Positions 45,285 to 55,756 of a stretch of DNA of 64,000 nucleotides are shown here, piece after piece. A model generated the notes under the pieces. It saw only the letters and a program-made list of their open reading frames with translations. It did no database searches and had not been told where the DNA came from. Source of the DNA: Clostridia bacterium DTU065 (lineage in GTDB: Bacteria; Bacillota; DTU065); assembly GCA_001512545.1 (NCBI GenBank), contig LFSI01000087.1, positions 22,242-86,241 on the forward strand, read 5' to 3'. A program made the position numbers and the translations under genes. The first letter of the stretch is position 1. The number at the start of each line of letters is the position of its first letter.

Positions 45285-46302
45285 GACTGAACTCCCCCCG
45301 CTCTCTGAGCTGCTGCAGGCTCATGTAGCTTTTGTAGTAGCTGAGCAGGCTGTCCCGTAGAGAGTTTTCCTGCTCCATCAGGGCGATCCTGCTGTTTTCC
45401 AGATCAGCATCGGTTATGACGCCGGCGCTGTGCTGCTTGAGAGCCACCTCGTACTTTTTCTGCTCCACCTCATAGGAGTCCAAAGCGTTGAGGTAGCTTT
45501 TTTCGCTCTGTTTGAGAGTGTTGTAGCTGCGGATCAACTGCTTGAGCTGGTCCTCTTCTGTGTTTTTCAGATTGATCTTTGCTTTTTCCACTTCCAGTTC
45601 TCTTTCTCTAATGGTAAGTACCGCTTCGCCTTTAGTCCTTGCCTCTTCCAGGTTTGCAGTGGCAGTGTCCAGCTGGTCTCTTGCCTGAACCACTCTCTCA
45701 AGGTTTGGCAGGTCTTTTAAGACGTCTTCTAGAGTCTCGGCAAACGGCACAAACTCCAGTTTAAAGTCGAACTCCCAATCTGCACTTCCCACAAGCGCGG
45801 CAAAATCCATCTTTGCCAGTTCTATTTGGTTTTCGGTATTGGCCAAATTGCTTTGCGCTGACTCCAAGTTCAGCTTCAGGTTTCTGAGTTCGGAGTCGCT
45901 GATACTTTTGATCTCCCACTTCTTCAACCCGTTTTCGTAAGCGGTTTCTGCCTGCTTCAGTCGGATCTTTCTGATCTCCAACTGATTCATGAGGTTTGTC
46001 ATGTTAACGTAGTTTTCCAAGTAGGTAACCTGCAGGTTCTGCACAGCTGTTCTGTAGGTCTTGTTTGCCTTTTTCCAAGCTTCATCTGCTTTTTTCTGAT
46101 TGGCCTCCAAATTGTCCAGGAGGTTTTCAGCTGTAGCTCTCAAATGATCGATTTCGGCTTTTTCCAGATCGATCTCGGCTAGTCTGTGGGTGGCGGAGTT
46201 CTCCAGTACAAGTTCCCAACCCTTTTGCATTTCGAGCACCTCCGCCTGTGCTCCGAGCACAAGTACTGTAAGAAGTGCTGCAACAACAAGGATTTTTCTC
46301 AT
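45259..46302 (-). CDS. TolC-like, largely helical secreted protein
   Basis: Signal peptide; coiled-coil repeats with WEIKSISDSEL and HSAGVITDADL motifs; first gene of the efflux operon. Confidence 0.62.
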   Translation of the reverse strand: MRKILVVAALLTVLVLGAQAEVLEMQKGWELVLENSATHRLAEIDLEKAEIDHLRATAENLLDNLEANQKKADEAWKKANKTYRTAVQNLQVTYLENYVNMTNLMNQLEIRKIRLKQAETAYENGLKKWEIKSISDSELRNLKLNLESAQSNLANTENQIELAKMDFAALVGSADWEFDFKLEFVPFAETLEDVLKDLPNLERVVQARDQLDTATANLEEARTKGEAVLTIRERELEVEKAKINLKNTEEDQLKQLIRSYNTLKQSEKSYLNALDSYEVEQKKYEVALKQHSAGVITDADLENSRIALMEQENSLRDSLLSYYKSYMSLQQLRERGEFSLEQFFADH

Positions 46303-46421
46303 GGCATCGGTGTCACCAAACTGACACCTAATTCACCTCCGTCTTTCTCAACATATAAACAAACTTGCCCTTTTAGTTGCAAAATCCTTGATATCTGTTC
46401 AATTTAAGCTCTCCATTCAAG

Positions 46422-46451
46422 AAAAAACACCCAAGATCTTGGGTGTTTTTT
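46422..46451 (-). terminator. terminator after the aldo/keto reductase
   Basis: Perfect palindrome A6-CACCCAAG-at-CTTGGGTG-T6. Confidence 0.8.
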
Positions 46452-46461
46452 GCTATGCAGT

Positions 46462-47550
46462 TTAGGCTAAGGCTTTTGCCACTTCCTCCAACTGCCTTAC
46501 TATTTCAATTTTCTGCGGGCACTTAGGCTCACATTGGTAGCATTGAATGCAACTTTCAGCGGCTTTCTGTTCGTTTTTTAGCTTGTTGTAGGCATCTTTA
46601 GCCGTGTCCAGAAGGTCGTACACTCTGTAGTAGTTCATAGCCGTGAAGTTCCTCGGTATATCCACTCCGTTAGGGCAGGGCATGCAGTAGTTGCAGCCTG
46701 TGCAGTACAGGTTTGCCAGTCTCTGCTTCTCCCTGAGTATTTCTTCCAACGTGTCTTTTTCTTCCTGGCTTAAAGGCTCTTCCATAGATGCAATCCGAAC
46801 GTTTTCCCGCAGCATCTCTAAGTTGCTCATACCGGAGAGTGCCACATCCACATTGGGGTTGCTGAAGACAAATCTAAAAGCCATTTCGGCGCTGCTTTTT
46901 GTGCCTTGGGGAATGAGCCGCTTTATCTCTTCTGATGGTGCTGCAAGCCTTCCCCCTCCAACGGGTCCCATTACAGCAACGCCCAAACCCTTGCTCTTAG
47001 CATAGGCTATGCCTTCTTCATTGCTTCGGTCCAAGAGGTTGTACTGAACCAGCATGGTTTCGAAGTTACCAGTATCGATGAGTTTAATCAGGTTTTCCGG
47101 TGTATCGTGAAAGGAGAACGAAATGTGGCGGATCAAGCCCTCTTCCTTAGCCTTAAACGCCTCTTCCATCGGCCCGTTTTTAACATCGATAAGCTTGGTA
47201 TACTTCTCCCAGTTGATAGCCCACATGTGGTAGAAGTCGATGTAGTCCAAATCCAGCTTCTTGAGCGAAGTCTCCAAGCGTCTCCGCCAGTTGGCACCGC
47301 TTGCATCTTCTATAGGATTTTTCGTGGCCACATAGACTTTGTCCCGAAAACCCTTGAGGGCTTTGCCTATCAAGACTTCGCTTTGTCCATCGAGGTAGTA
47401 CAGTGCTGTGTCTACGTAGTTGATCCCCAGCCTAAACCCTTCACGAAGGAGCTCAATGGCATAGTCGGGATTCTCAGTAGGCAGCCTCATGCCGCCAAAT
47501 CCGAGTCTGGACACCTTAACACCAGTATTCCCAAAGTCTCTATACTGCAC
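46462..47550 (-). CDS. aldo/keto reductase with C-terminal 4Fe-4S dicluster
   Basis: SRLGFGGMRLP, GINYVDTA, CTGCNYCMPCP, CIQCYQCEPKCPQ. Confidence 0.92.
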   Translation of the reverse strand: MQYRDFGNTGVKVSRLGFGGMRLPTENPDYAIELLREGFRLGINYVDTALYYLDGQSEVLIGKALKGFRDKVYVATKNPIEDASGANWRRRLETSLKKLDLDYIDFYHMWAINWEKYTKLIDVKNGPMEEAFKAKEEGLIRHISFSFHDTPENLIKLIDTGNFETMLVQYNLLDRSNEEGIAYAKSKGLGVAVMGPVGGGRLAAPSEEIKRLIPQGTKSSAEMAFRFVFSNPNVDVALSGMSNLEMLRENVRIASMEEPLSQEEKDTLEEILREKQRLANLYCTGCNYCMPCPNGVDIPRNFTAMNYYRVYDLLDTAKDAYNKLKNEQKAAESCIQCYQCEPKCPQKIEIVRQLEEVAKALA

Positions 47551-47565
47551 TCAAAATCCTCCTAC

Positions 47566-48630
47566 TTAGACAATCTTTACCGCTTCTTTGGTCTCTTGGG
47601 ACCTGTAGATAGCATCTTGAATCTTCATAACAGCCAATGCCTCTTCGGGCTTCACCAGAGGCTCCTTGCCATTGATGACGCAGTCGATAAAGTGTTCGAT
47701 CTCTGCATGGTAGTTGCTGATATTGAGGTTTCTCCTGACTACCTGGCTGACGTTGATTCTGTTGTACTCTTCGCTTACAACAGTCAAAGGTTTGCCGTAA
47801 TGGAAGACTGCACCGGCTTTTGAGCCGTAAATCTCTGTGCCGAAGATTTCATCTTCGGTGATGTTCATAACCCAGCTGGTCTCAAGAGACAGCGTTGCAC
47901 CGTCTTTCATCTTCACGAGACCAAAGGCCGCGTCTTCAACTTCGTACTCATCTGGAGTGTAGTTGCCCCAGTTGTTGAGAGGACCGTTCTTGGCGATGGC
48001 ATTGTAGCTAGAACCTAAGACCACTTCAGGATCGTGGTTATCCATAAGATAAAGAGTCAAGTCCAGTGCGTGAGTGCCGATATCGACCAGAGGACCTCCG
48101 CCTTGCTTTTCCAGGTTCAAGAAGTCGCCGTGAGCAGGAACTCCCCTTCTGCGGGTGGCGATAGCTTTAGCAAAGTAAATGTCTCCGAACTCTCCATACT
48201 GAATGCGTTCTTTAAGGGCTTGAATATCCGAATCGAAGCGCCACTGGTAGCCGATGGTTAGAATCTTACCGCTCTTCTTGTAAGCTTTCACCATTTCTTC
48301 TGCTTCCTGAGCATTTCTTGCCATGGGCTTTTCGCAGATAACGTGCTTGCCAGCTTCAAGAGCGGCGATGGTTGCCGGAGCGTGAGCGTAGTTGGAAGTG
48401 CAAACGCTGACCACGTCAATTTCCTTCATGGCAACCAGATCGTGGAAGTCGGTGAAGACATGCTCCACGCCTAGCTCCTTTGCTCTTTTTTCTGCTCTCT
48501 CCGGTTTGATATCGCAGAGGGCATAGATTTCTACTTTATCGCTGAGATTTAAGTATCCGGGAATATGGGCACCTTTAGCAATGCCGCCTACTCCAATAAT
48601 TCCTACTTTTAGTTTGCCCGACAATTTCAA
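47566..48630 (-). CDS. Gfo/Idh/MocA-family oxidoreductase
   Basis: GIIGVGGIA, GKHVICEKPMA, GGGPLVDIGTHALD. Confidence 0.92.
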   Translation of the reverse strand: MKLSGKLKVGIIGVGGIAKGAHIPGYLNLSDKVEIYALCDIKPERAEKRAKELGVEHVFTDFHDLVAMKEIDVVSVCTSNYAHAPATIAALEAGKHVICEKPMARNAQEAEEMVKAYKKSGKILTIGYQWRFDSDIQALKERIQYGEFGDIYFAKAIATRRRGVPAHGDFLNLEKQGGGPLVDIGTHALDLTLYLMDNHDPEVVLGSSYNAIAKNGPLNNWGNYTPDEYEVEDAAFGLVKMKDGATLSLETSWVMNITEDEIFGTEIYGSKAGAVFHYGKPLTVVSEEYNRINVSQVVRRNLNISNYHAEIEHFIDCVINGKEPLVKPEEALAVMKIQDAIYRSQETKEAVKIV

Positions 48631-48851
48631 GATCTCCTTTCAGTGCGTTTTCAACTGATTATTTACTCACAAGGTTTCCTATTTCCTCTCGGAAAGTGAA
48701 CTTTTGCCACCTTAATACTGTACCCCATTTGGCGAAAACATGCCAGCTGCCATTTGGACAAACCTCCTCCTAAAAGCGCTAATCAGAATAAAAACAGCAA
48801 AGTAACTAAGAATATTGGTAAATGGCTCCAGAAGTAAAAGGAGGCGGAAAC

Positions 48852-50429
48852 GTGGAGAAGGAGGAAAATCTCAACGTCTTTGCAAGCAAGCACGAACCCT
48901 ACTGGCTCTCCTCCATCAAGAGGGAAGAGCATCCCGGTTTAAGTGAAGACATAGATGTTGATGTAGCTATTGTCGGCGGAGGCATCACTGGAATCACAAC
49001 GGGCTTTTTACTGAAAAAAGCCGGTCTGAAAGTTGCGGTCTTGGAAGCAAACAGGCTTTTCAGCGGCACAACCGGACACACCACAGCCAAGCTCACCTCA
49101 CAACACGGCCTGATCTACGACAGACTCATTGCCACATTCGGTGAGGAGCGGGCCAAACAGTATGCGGTAGCCAATGAAGAAGCTATTGGTTTTGTGGAAG
49201 CTTTGGTTAGGGAGAAAAACATCGACTGCAACTTCGAGACTCTGCCGGCCTACATCTACACTGAAGATGAGAGGTACATCGAGAGAATTAAAAGAGAGGT
49301 GGCAGCTGCAGAGACTCTCGGGCTGAGCGCTTCATTTGCTGAGGATCTCCCTCTCCCCTTTACAGTCCGAGGCGCAGTGAAGTTCGAAGGCCAAGCCCAA
49401 TTCCACCCTTTGAAGTACCTGTCCGCTCTGGCTCGGGAGATCCCCGGAGATGGCTCGTTTATTTTTGAAAACACCCTTGCCGTCGATGTTGAAGATGCAA
49501 AGCGCCCTGTGGTGGTTACAAAAGACGGCCCCAAAGTCACTGCATCCTTTGTGGTTATCGCGTCTCACTTCCCCTTCTATGACGGGCTTGGCCTCTATTT
49601 CACCAAAATCTACACAGATAGATCCTACGTCATTGCCATCGAAGCCGAGGAAAGCCTTGGGGAAGGCGTGTTTCTCAGCGCTGAAACCCCAGTGCGTTCC
49701 CTCCGAAACATCAAAGACGGCAGATCTGAGCTGATCATCATCGGAGGTGAAAACCACAAGACAGGCGACCAAACCGGAACCAATGTCCATTACCGCAATC
49801 TCGCGGACTTTGCCAAGATTAACTTTACAGTAAAGAAGATCCACTACAGATGGTCTACCCAGGACTGCATGACCGCAGATGGCGTTCCTTACATCGGCTT
49901 TCTTACAGCAAAAACCCCCACCATACTGGTTGCCACAGGCTATAACAAGTGGGGAATGACCAGCGGAACCGCTGCAGCAAGAATCCTGTCCGACCTGATT
50001 ACCAAAGGTGAAAGTCCCCATGCAGATGTGTTCAGTCCTCAACGGCTGCATCTAGCTGCTGCTCCTAGCTTGGTGGTACAAAATCTAGATGTTGCCCGCA
50101 AGCTGATCTCGGGTAAGCTCTCCGGCGGGGCTAAGGAAGAAGACCTGAAAAACGGCGAGGCGAAGGTCATCACTGCCTACGGCCAGAAGGCAGGAGCTTA
50201 TCGCGATCACGAAGGCACGCTCCACGTACTGGACATTACCTGCACCCATCTAGGCTGCGAACTGGTCTGGAACGATGCGGAGCTGACCTGGGATTGTCCC
50301 TGTCACGGTTCTCGTTTCAGCTACACCGGCGATGTGGTCGAATGCCCTGCCCTCCGTCCGCTTAAACGTCTGGAAGGAGACGACGGAGCGAGCGACGAGA
50401 AGAACATCATCGATCCCAAACTTACGTAA
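48852..50429 (+). CDS. FAD-dependent oxidoreductase with C-terminal Rieske domain (YhfW-like)
   Basis: VGGGITG, GTTGHTTAK, WSTQD, ATGYNKWGMT, CTHLGC...WDCPCHGSRF; GTG 48852 after AAGGAGG. Confidence 0.9.
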   Translation: MEKEENLNVFASKHEPYWLSSIKREEHPGLSEDIDVDVAIVGGGITGITTGFLLKKAGLKVAVLEANRLFSGTTGHTTAKLTSQHGLIYDRLIATFGEERAKQYAVANEEAIGFVEALVREKNIDCNFETLPAYIYTEDERYIERIKREVAAAETLGLSASFAEDLPLPFTVRGAVKFEGQAQFHPLKYLSALAREIPGDGSFIFENTLAVDVEDAKRPVVVTKDGPKVTASFVVIASHFPFYDGLGLYFTKIYTDRSYVIAIEAEESLGEGVFLSAETPVRSLRNIKDGRSELIIIGGENHKTGDQTGTNVHYRNLADFAKINFTVKKIHYRWSTQDCMTADGVPYIGFLTAKTPTILVATGYNKWGMTSGTAAARILSDLITKGESPHADVFSPQRLHLAAAPSLVVQNLDVARKLISGKLSGGAKEEDLKNGEAKVITAYGQKAGAYRDHEGTLHVLDITCTHLGCELVWNDAELTWDCPCHGSRFSYTGDVVECPALRPLKRLEGDDGASDEKNIIDPKLT

Positions 50430-50430
50430 A

Positions 50431-50458
50431 AAAATGGATCTCGCAAGAGATCCATTTT
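50431..50458. terminator. bidirectional terminator
   Basis: AAAATGGATCTC-gcaa-GAGATCCATTTT between convergent genes. Confidence 0.8.
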
Positions 50459-50460
50459 AA

Positions 50461-51438
50461 TTAGTCAGCAAAGAGCCTATCTGTGAACTCGTCTAATTCC
50501 TTTTCCATGCGATCGAAGTCCATCGCTGCAATGTACAGCTTTTCGAGGTCTTCGTGAACCAAAAACGCCTTGTTCAGCTGAACGATGCCCTGCCTTTCTT
50601 CCTCTTTGATGGTCCCCTGTAGTTCCCTTTCAAAGCTGGTGTAGTGGTGTTCAGCTGGCCACACTACCTTGATGTGCAGCTTCAGCTCAGGTAGGTATAC
50701 CCCTTCGTAGTTCATTCCGTCTAAAGGATCGATTAGGAACAAGACTTCAAACCCCTGGGTCAAAAAGATCCCTGCAAGAGAACTGAGGTAAGCCTTCGCC
50801 AGTGTCGGAGCACCTTCGAAGGTGTAGGTTTTTTCCGCAGGAACTTTCAGCTTCTTGAAGCCAAAGGGAGTATACGCAGAAACGAAGCGGTTGCGGCTTT
50901 TTCCCAGTTCGTTTTTGCCGTGGAGCTTGCGGTTTAATATCTCGTCTTTGATCTTTTGGTACTGGGTTTCTAAGCTCGGATGCAACCTTTCTGCCAAGCT
51001 CCGTTCTAGCTGCTCGCGAAACTTCAACGCTTTCTGCAGGCAGGCGTAAGCCAAGCTGAAATGCATCGAGTTTTTTTGCGACAGCTCCTCAACAAGCCTC
51101 TGATTGGACCTTAAACGGCTCGAGTCCCAGTAGTTGCCAAAGTTCAGGATTTCGTCTCTGATGCCAGGTTTTTCAGCTTCTAAGATGTGGGGAGCCGTGG
51201 CATCAGTTACAAAAAAACCAAGGTCGAAGTCGGCGATAGTATCAAATGAGTCCGGTGCAGAAGGGCAGTAAAAAACGACGGGATTTTCAATCCTCTTGAG
51301 TAGTCTTTTGATGAATGAAGATTTCCCCGTTCCCGGACCTCCCTTAATCAGTATCCGTTTTTTTGCTTCGGGAAAGAACTCCTTAGCAAAGTTAACCGAT
51401 CCCCTGCCGGTGTTTCCTCCCCAGAAAAATTCGTTCAT
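50461..51438 (-). CDS. P-loop NTPase of the uncharacterised PRK06851-like family
   Basis: FFWGGNT.RG, IKGGPGTGKS, YCPS.PDS.D, DATAPH, HEDLEKLYIAAMDF. Confidence 0.72.
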   Translation of the reverse strand: MNEFFWGGNTGRGSVNFAKEFFPEAKKRILIKGGPGTGKSSFIKRLLKRIENPVVFYCPSAPDSFDTIADFDLGFFVTDATAPHILEAEKPGIRDEILNFGNYWDSSRLRSNQRLVEELSQKNSMHFSLAYACLQKALKFREQLERSLAERLHPSLETQYQKIKDEILNRKLHGKNELGKSRNRFVSAYTPFGFKKLKVPAEKTYTFEGAPTLAKAYLSSLAGIFLTQGFEVLFLIDPLDGMNYEGVYLPELKLHIKVVWPAEHHYTSFERELQGTIKEEERQGIVQLNKAFLVHEDLEKLYIAAMDFDRMEKELDEFTDRLFAD

Positions 51439-51598
51439 GAACTCACCTCTTAAAACGCACTGAACTCAGTGCGGAAACTTGGGTCTTTCGCCTTTCTATT
51501 CTTATGCAGTTTACCCCATTTTAGTTAGCGACACTGCATGTCTCGAAAAAGTGCCAAGAAAAAAACTGCCGAATAAAATCGGCAGTTTCTCAGCTGTT

Positions 51599-52426
51599 TC
51601 ACTTAGCCCGGCTTCCTACTATCTCCAGGCCTCTTTTCTTTTCCGGTTTGGCATGGTGCTTTTCGAATCTATACAGCGACACGCCAGCCAAAAGAAGCAG
51701 CAGGACAAAGGTCAGCCACGACTCCATGTGCACGTAGCTGGCAAAGTGGGTCGAGTGCACTTCAGTTACCGGGAAAAGCGTGGTAAAGACCAGGTTCCAC
51801 GCGGTGTGGAAACCAATGCAAAGCCACTTGGCCTTAGTGCAGAGGTACAGTAGACCCAGGAAAAATGCTAAGACGTAAAAGTTTGCCCAGCCTAGAAGGT
51901 TTACATGAGGCCTATCCCAGAGGAATTGCACCAGGACAAACACCAAAGACGAGTAGATTACCGCTCTGTGGGGATGATGCATCTCCTCAAACTGCTCCAA
52001 AACGTATCCCCTGGTGACCATCTCTTCGATGTACGATTCAGAGATAAAGAAAATAATACTGGATACAAGCACTCGGAAGAAAGCGCTTGATAGTAGTGCT
52101 GGGTTGAACACTCTAGATTTCGTGCCCACAAGATTGTCCAGTACAACCACTATAAGTGCAACGAGAGCACCGAAAAGGGCACCTATGCCCAGTTTTTTTA
52201 TACCGTCAACCTCTAGATATCCTTTAAAGTTTCCAGTTTCCAGTACGAACCTTAGCCACCCGTGGATGATTATGGACAGAACAATGGCCTGAGCTAGCAT
52301 CTTTAAGCTAGGTTCGTTGATAACAGGCAAGGTATCTAGTGCGTACGAAGTAAACATCATGAACGGAACAAGGAGCACTAAATAAAACAAAACCTGTTGC
52401 GCGCGATGCTTTTCACTTTGCAGCAT
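51599..52426 (-). CDS. CPBP/CAAX-family intramembrane metalloprotease
   Basis: Multi-TM; EEMVTRGY and GFHTAWN motifs. Confidence 0.85.
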   Translation of the reverse strand: MLQSEKHRAQQVLFYLVLLVPFMMFTSYALDTLPVINEPSLKMLAQAIVLSIIIHGWLRFVLETGNFKGYLEVDGIKKLGIGALFGALVALIVVVLDNLVGTKSRVFNPALLSSAFFRVLVSSIIFFISESYIEEMVTRGYVLEQFEEMHHPHRAVIYSSLVFVLVQFLWDRPHVNLLGWANFYVLAFFLGLLYLCTKAKWLCIGFHTAWNLVFTTLFPVTEVHSTHFASYVHMESWLTFVLLLLLAGVSLYRFEKHHAKPEKKRGLEIVGSRAK

Positions 52427-52566
52427 TTATACAGCCTCCATATTACTTCCAGTGATTCTTCAACCACTACTAGCTCAGAGTCCATTGTATACAACTTCAG
52501 GAAACAGTGCAACTAAAATGCTCGCTGATTTTGTTCAAAATTTAACATTTTTGACGCAAATCGCTG

Positions 52567-54705
52567 TTAATCTCGACTAACCTTCTTGGACAGTTTCAAG
52601 CTTATCCTCTGGCGTTTGGTGTCGATTTCGGTAACCACAACCTCTACGATCTCTCCTACCGAGATCTGCTGCGTCGGATGGAGCTTGTGGCCCTTAGGCA
52701 GTTTGGAAACGTGAATGAGACCGTCTCTCTTCACTCCGATATCTACGAAAGCACCGAAATCCACAACGTTTCTAACGGTCCCCGTGAGAACCTGTCCGAC
52801 TTTGAGGTCTTCAAACTTCATGACGTCGCTCCTAAACACCGGCCCGGGGAGGTCTTCTCGTGGATCTCTACCTGGTTTCTGCAGAGAGTCCACAATATCT
52901 ATGACCGTAGGGAGACCTGCCTCAAACTTAGAAGCAAGTTCCTTAGCATCTACGTCTTTCAAAGCTTCTTTAAACTCCGGCTTCTCCACGTCGGTGAGGT
53001 CAAATCCCAAAGAGCCAATGATCTTTTCCGCAAGCTCGTAGGACTCGGGGTGAACTGCGGTGTTGTCCAAGATGTTTTCTCCACCTGCAACACGCAAAAA
53101 GCCTGCAGCCTGTTCAAAGGTTTTTGCTCCGAGGCCCTTGATTTCAAGAAGCTGCTTTCTGGAGCGGAAAGGCCCGTTTTCCTGTCTGTAGGCGACGATC
53201 CGCTGTGCCAAGGTTTTGTTGATGCCGCTTACGTAGCGGAGGAGGCTCCAAGATGCGGTGTTCAGTTCCACGCCAACGTGGTTTACTGCAGACATGACCA
53301 CATAATCCAGTGCTTCCGCAAGACTCTTTTGGTTCACATCGTGCTGATACTGCCCTACGCCGATGCTCTTGGGATCGATCTTTACCAGCTCTGCCAGAGG
53401 ATCCTGGATTCGTCTAGCGATAGAGACCGCTCCTCTAATGGACACGTCTAGGTCTGGGAACTCTTCCTTGGCCACTTCAGAAGCTGAGTAGACCGAGGCT
53501 CCAGCTTCGCTGACGATGGCATAGTTCGTGCCGGTTTCTTTGGCTATTTCGCTTGCCAGCATCTCGGTTTCTCTGGAGGCTGTTCCGTTTCCGATGGTTA
53601 TGAGGTCCACCTTGTATTTCTTAATCAAGTCGATTAAGGTTTTCTTGGCTTCTTCCCACCTATGCTGCGGCTCGTGAGGGTAAACAGTGCAGGTGGTGAG
53701 GAGATCTCCTTGCGGGTTGACAACAGCTACTTTGGTGCCTGTTCTGTAAGCGGGGTCTAGCCCCATAACGGTCTTCCCTCTTACAGGAGCTTGCAGCAGT
53801 AGATTTCTCAGGTTTTCCTGGAAGATGCGAATGGCCTGTTTGTCCGCGTCCTCACTGAGGTTTCTCCTTAGGTCCCTTTCGATTGCAGGAGCAAGCAGCC
53901 GTTGATAAGAGTCGATGATGGCTAGCTTCAGCTGCTCTGGATAGGGAGCTTCGGCGTCAACCCAAAGAGCGTTTAGTGACTGAATCACCTGATCCTCACT
54001 TGCAACTAGTTTTACCGCAAGATAGCCTTCTTTTTCACCGCGATTAATAGCCAGAATCTGGTGGGAAACCAGACTCTTCAAAGGGGCTTTGAAGTCGAAG
54101 TAGTTCTGGTATGTTAGAGCTTCCTGCTCTTCTTCTTTGCCTTTAACAGGTGCAACCTCCAGAGACCCCAGTCTGAAGATGATCCTCCTCATCCATTCCC
54201 TGGTTTTGAAGTCTTCGCTGATGATCTCAGCCACAATATCTCTAGCTCCACTCAAAGCATCCTCTTCAGAGGGAACTTCTTCGGAGAGATAGTCTTTGGC
54301 AAAAGAGACAGGATCTTCTTTGGCCTGAAGAATGATCTCAGCAAGAGGCTCCAATCCTCTTTCTCGGGCGATAGTTGCTCTAGTGCGGCGTTTTGGTCGA
54401 AATGGCAGGTAGATGTCTTCTACGGCCTGCAGGCTATCGGCCTTCTTAATGCTCTCCTCGATCTCCGGCGTAAGCTTATCGCCGATGAGGCGAATGACTT
54501 CTTCTTTGCGGGCTTCAAGGTTTCTCAGGTAGGTTACCCGTTCCTGAATCGCTTTGATCTGGGTCTCATCTAAAGAGCCGGTGCGTTCCTTACGGTAGCG
54601 GGCTATAAAAGGGATGGTGTTGCCCTCATCCAACAGAGCTACGGTCTCTTTTACCTGCTCACTTTTTATTTTGAGTTCCAACGCAACAGCACTAATGATA
54701 TCCAT
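52567..54705 (-). CDS. tex: Tex-family transcription accessory protein with S1 domain
   Basis: GNTIPFIARYRKE, GLDPAYRTG, EAGASVYSAS, DPKSIGVGQYQHD, NVVDFGAFVDIG. Confidence 0.95.
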   Translation of the reverse strand: MDIISAVALELKIKSEQVKETVALLDEGNTIPFIARYRKERTGSLDETQIKAIQERVTYLRNLEARKEEVIRLIGDKLTPEIEESIKKADSLQAVEDIYLPFRPKRRTRATIARERGLEPLAEIILQAKEDPVSFAKDYLSEEVPSEEDALSGARDIVAEIISEDFKTREWMRRIIFRLGSLEVAPVKGKEEEQEALTYQNYFDFKAPLKSLVSHQILAINRGEKEGYLAVKLVASEDQVIQSLNALWVDAEAPYPEQLKLAIIDSYQRLLAPAIERDLRRNLSEDADKQAIRIFQENLRNLLLQAPVRGKTVMGLDPAYRTGTKVAVVNPQGDLLTTCTVYPHEPQHRWEEAKKTLIDLIKKYKVDLITIGNGTASRETEMLASEIAKETGTNYAIVSEAGASVYSASEVAKEEFPDLDVSIRGAVSIARRIQDPLAELVKIDPKSIGVGQYQHDVNQKSLAEALDYVVMSAVNHVGVELNTASWSLLRYVSGINKTLAQRIVAYRQENGPFRSRKQLLEIKGLGAKTFEQAAGFLRVAGGENILDNTAVHPESYELAEKIIGSLGFDLTDVEKPEFKEALKDVDAKELASKFEAGLPTVIDIVDSLQKPGRDPREDLPGPVFRSDVMKFEDLKVGQVLTGTVRNVVDFGAFVDIGVKRDGLIHVSKLPKGHKLHPTQQISVGEIVEVVVTEIDTKRQRISLKLSKKVSRD

Positions 54706-54745
54706 TTCTACCCTCTCCTTTGAGAAAAAGGAGCCCCTAGGCTCC

Positions 54746-55756
54746 TTAACGATTCTTGGACTTGCGTGATTTCAAATTCTTAAGCATTTGATGATGTTCA
54801 AGAACTAAAGCCGTACCTCTAGCCACAGAAAACAGTGGCTCTTCTGCCACAAACACGGGAAGATTGGTCTCGTGCTTAAGCAGCTTATCGATATTCTTAA
54901 TCAGTGCACCACCACCGGTAAGAATAATGCCGTTTTCGAAGATATCTGAAGCTACCTCCGGCTTGGTTTCTTCCAGGGTGACTTTGACAGCTCGTACAAT
55001 TTCCGACAACGGCTCGGAGATGGCCTCGTGAATCTCTCTGGTGTGGACGACCAGGTTAACAGGGAGTCCAGTCACCAAGTTTCTACCCCTGATCTCCAGT
55101 TCTTCGTCTTCTTCAGGGAAGGCGTTTCCGATCTTGATTTTAATCTCTTCAGCTGTGCGCTCTCCAACAACGATGCTGTACGCTCTGCGTAGGTACAAAA
55201 TAATAGCCTTGTCCATTGCGTTGCCAGCAACACGGATAGAGCGACCAGCTACAATTCCGCCAAGCGAAGTTACGGCGATCTCTGTAGTTCCGCCGCCGAT
55301 ATCTACAACCATATGTCCTGTGGGCTCTTCTACCGGTATTCCTGCACCGATTGCAGCAGCCATCGGCTCTTCGATGAGGTAGACTTCTCTTGCCCCTGCT
55401 TTAAATGCCGCCTCTTCAACGGCGCGGCGTTCCACTGACGTTGCACCTCTAGGAATGCCTACAACGAGGCGAGGTCTGAAAAGCGAAGGTCGGATGCACT
55501 TCTTAATGAAGTAGTTGAGCATTTTTTCCGTAACTTCGTAGTCGGCAATAACGCCGTCGAGCATAGGCTGCACGGCGACAATATCGCCTGGAGTCCTACC
55601 GATCATGGCCTTGGCCTCTGAACCCACAGCCAAGATCTCTTTTGTGTCCTTTCTTATAGCGACAACAGACGGTTCGTTTAAAATAACCTCACCTTTGCGG
55701 CAGACCAGCGTGTTGGCTGTACCTAGGTCTATGCCAATATCCCTTCCTAATCTCAT
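54746..55756 (-). CDS. mreB: MreB/Mbl-family rod shape-determining protein
   Basis: [36 protein letters not shown]; no mreCD adjacent so the paralogue identity is uncertain. Confidence 0.88.
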   Translation of the reverse strand: MRLGRDIGIDLGTANTLVCRKGEVILNEPSVVAIRKDTKEILAVGSEAKAMIGRTPGDIVAVQPMLDGVIADYEVTEKMLNYFIKKCIRPSLFRPRLVVGIPRGATSVERRAVEEAAFKAGAREVYLIEEPMAAAIGAGIPVEEPTGHMVVDIGGGTTEIAVTSLGGIVAGRSIRVAGNAMDKAIILYLRRAYSIVVGERTAEEIKIKIGNAFPEEDEELEIRGRNLVTGLPVNLVVHTREIHEAISEPLSEIVRAVKVTLEETKPEVASDIFENGIILTGGGALIKNIDKLLKHETNLPVFVAEEPLFSVARGTALVLEHHQMLKNLKSRKSKNR

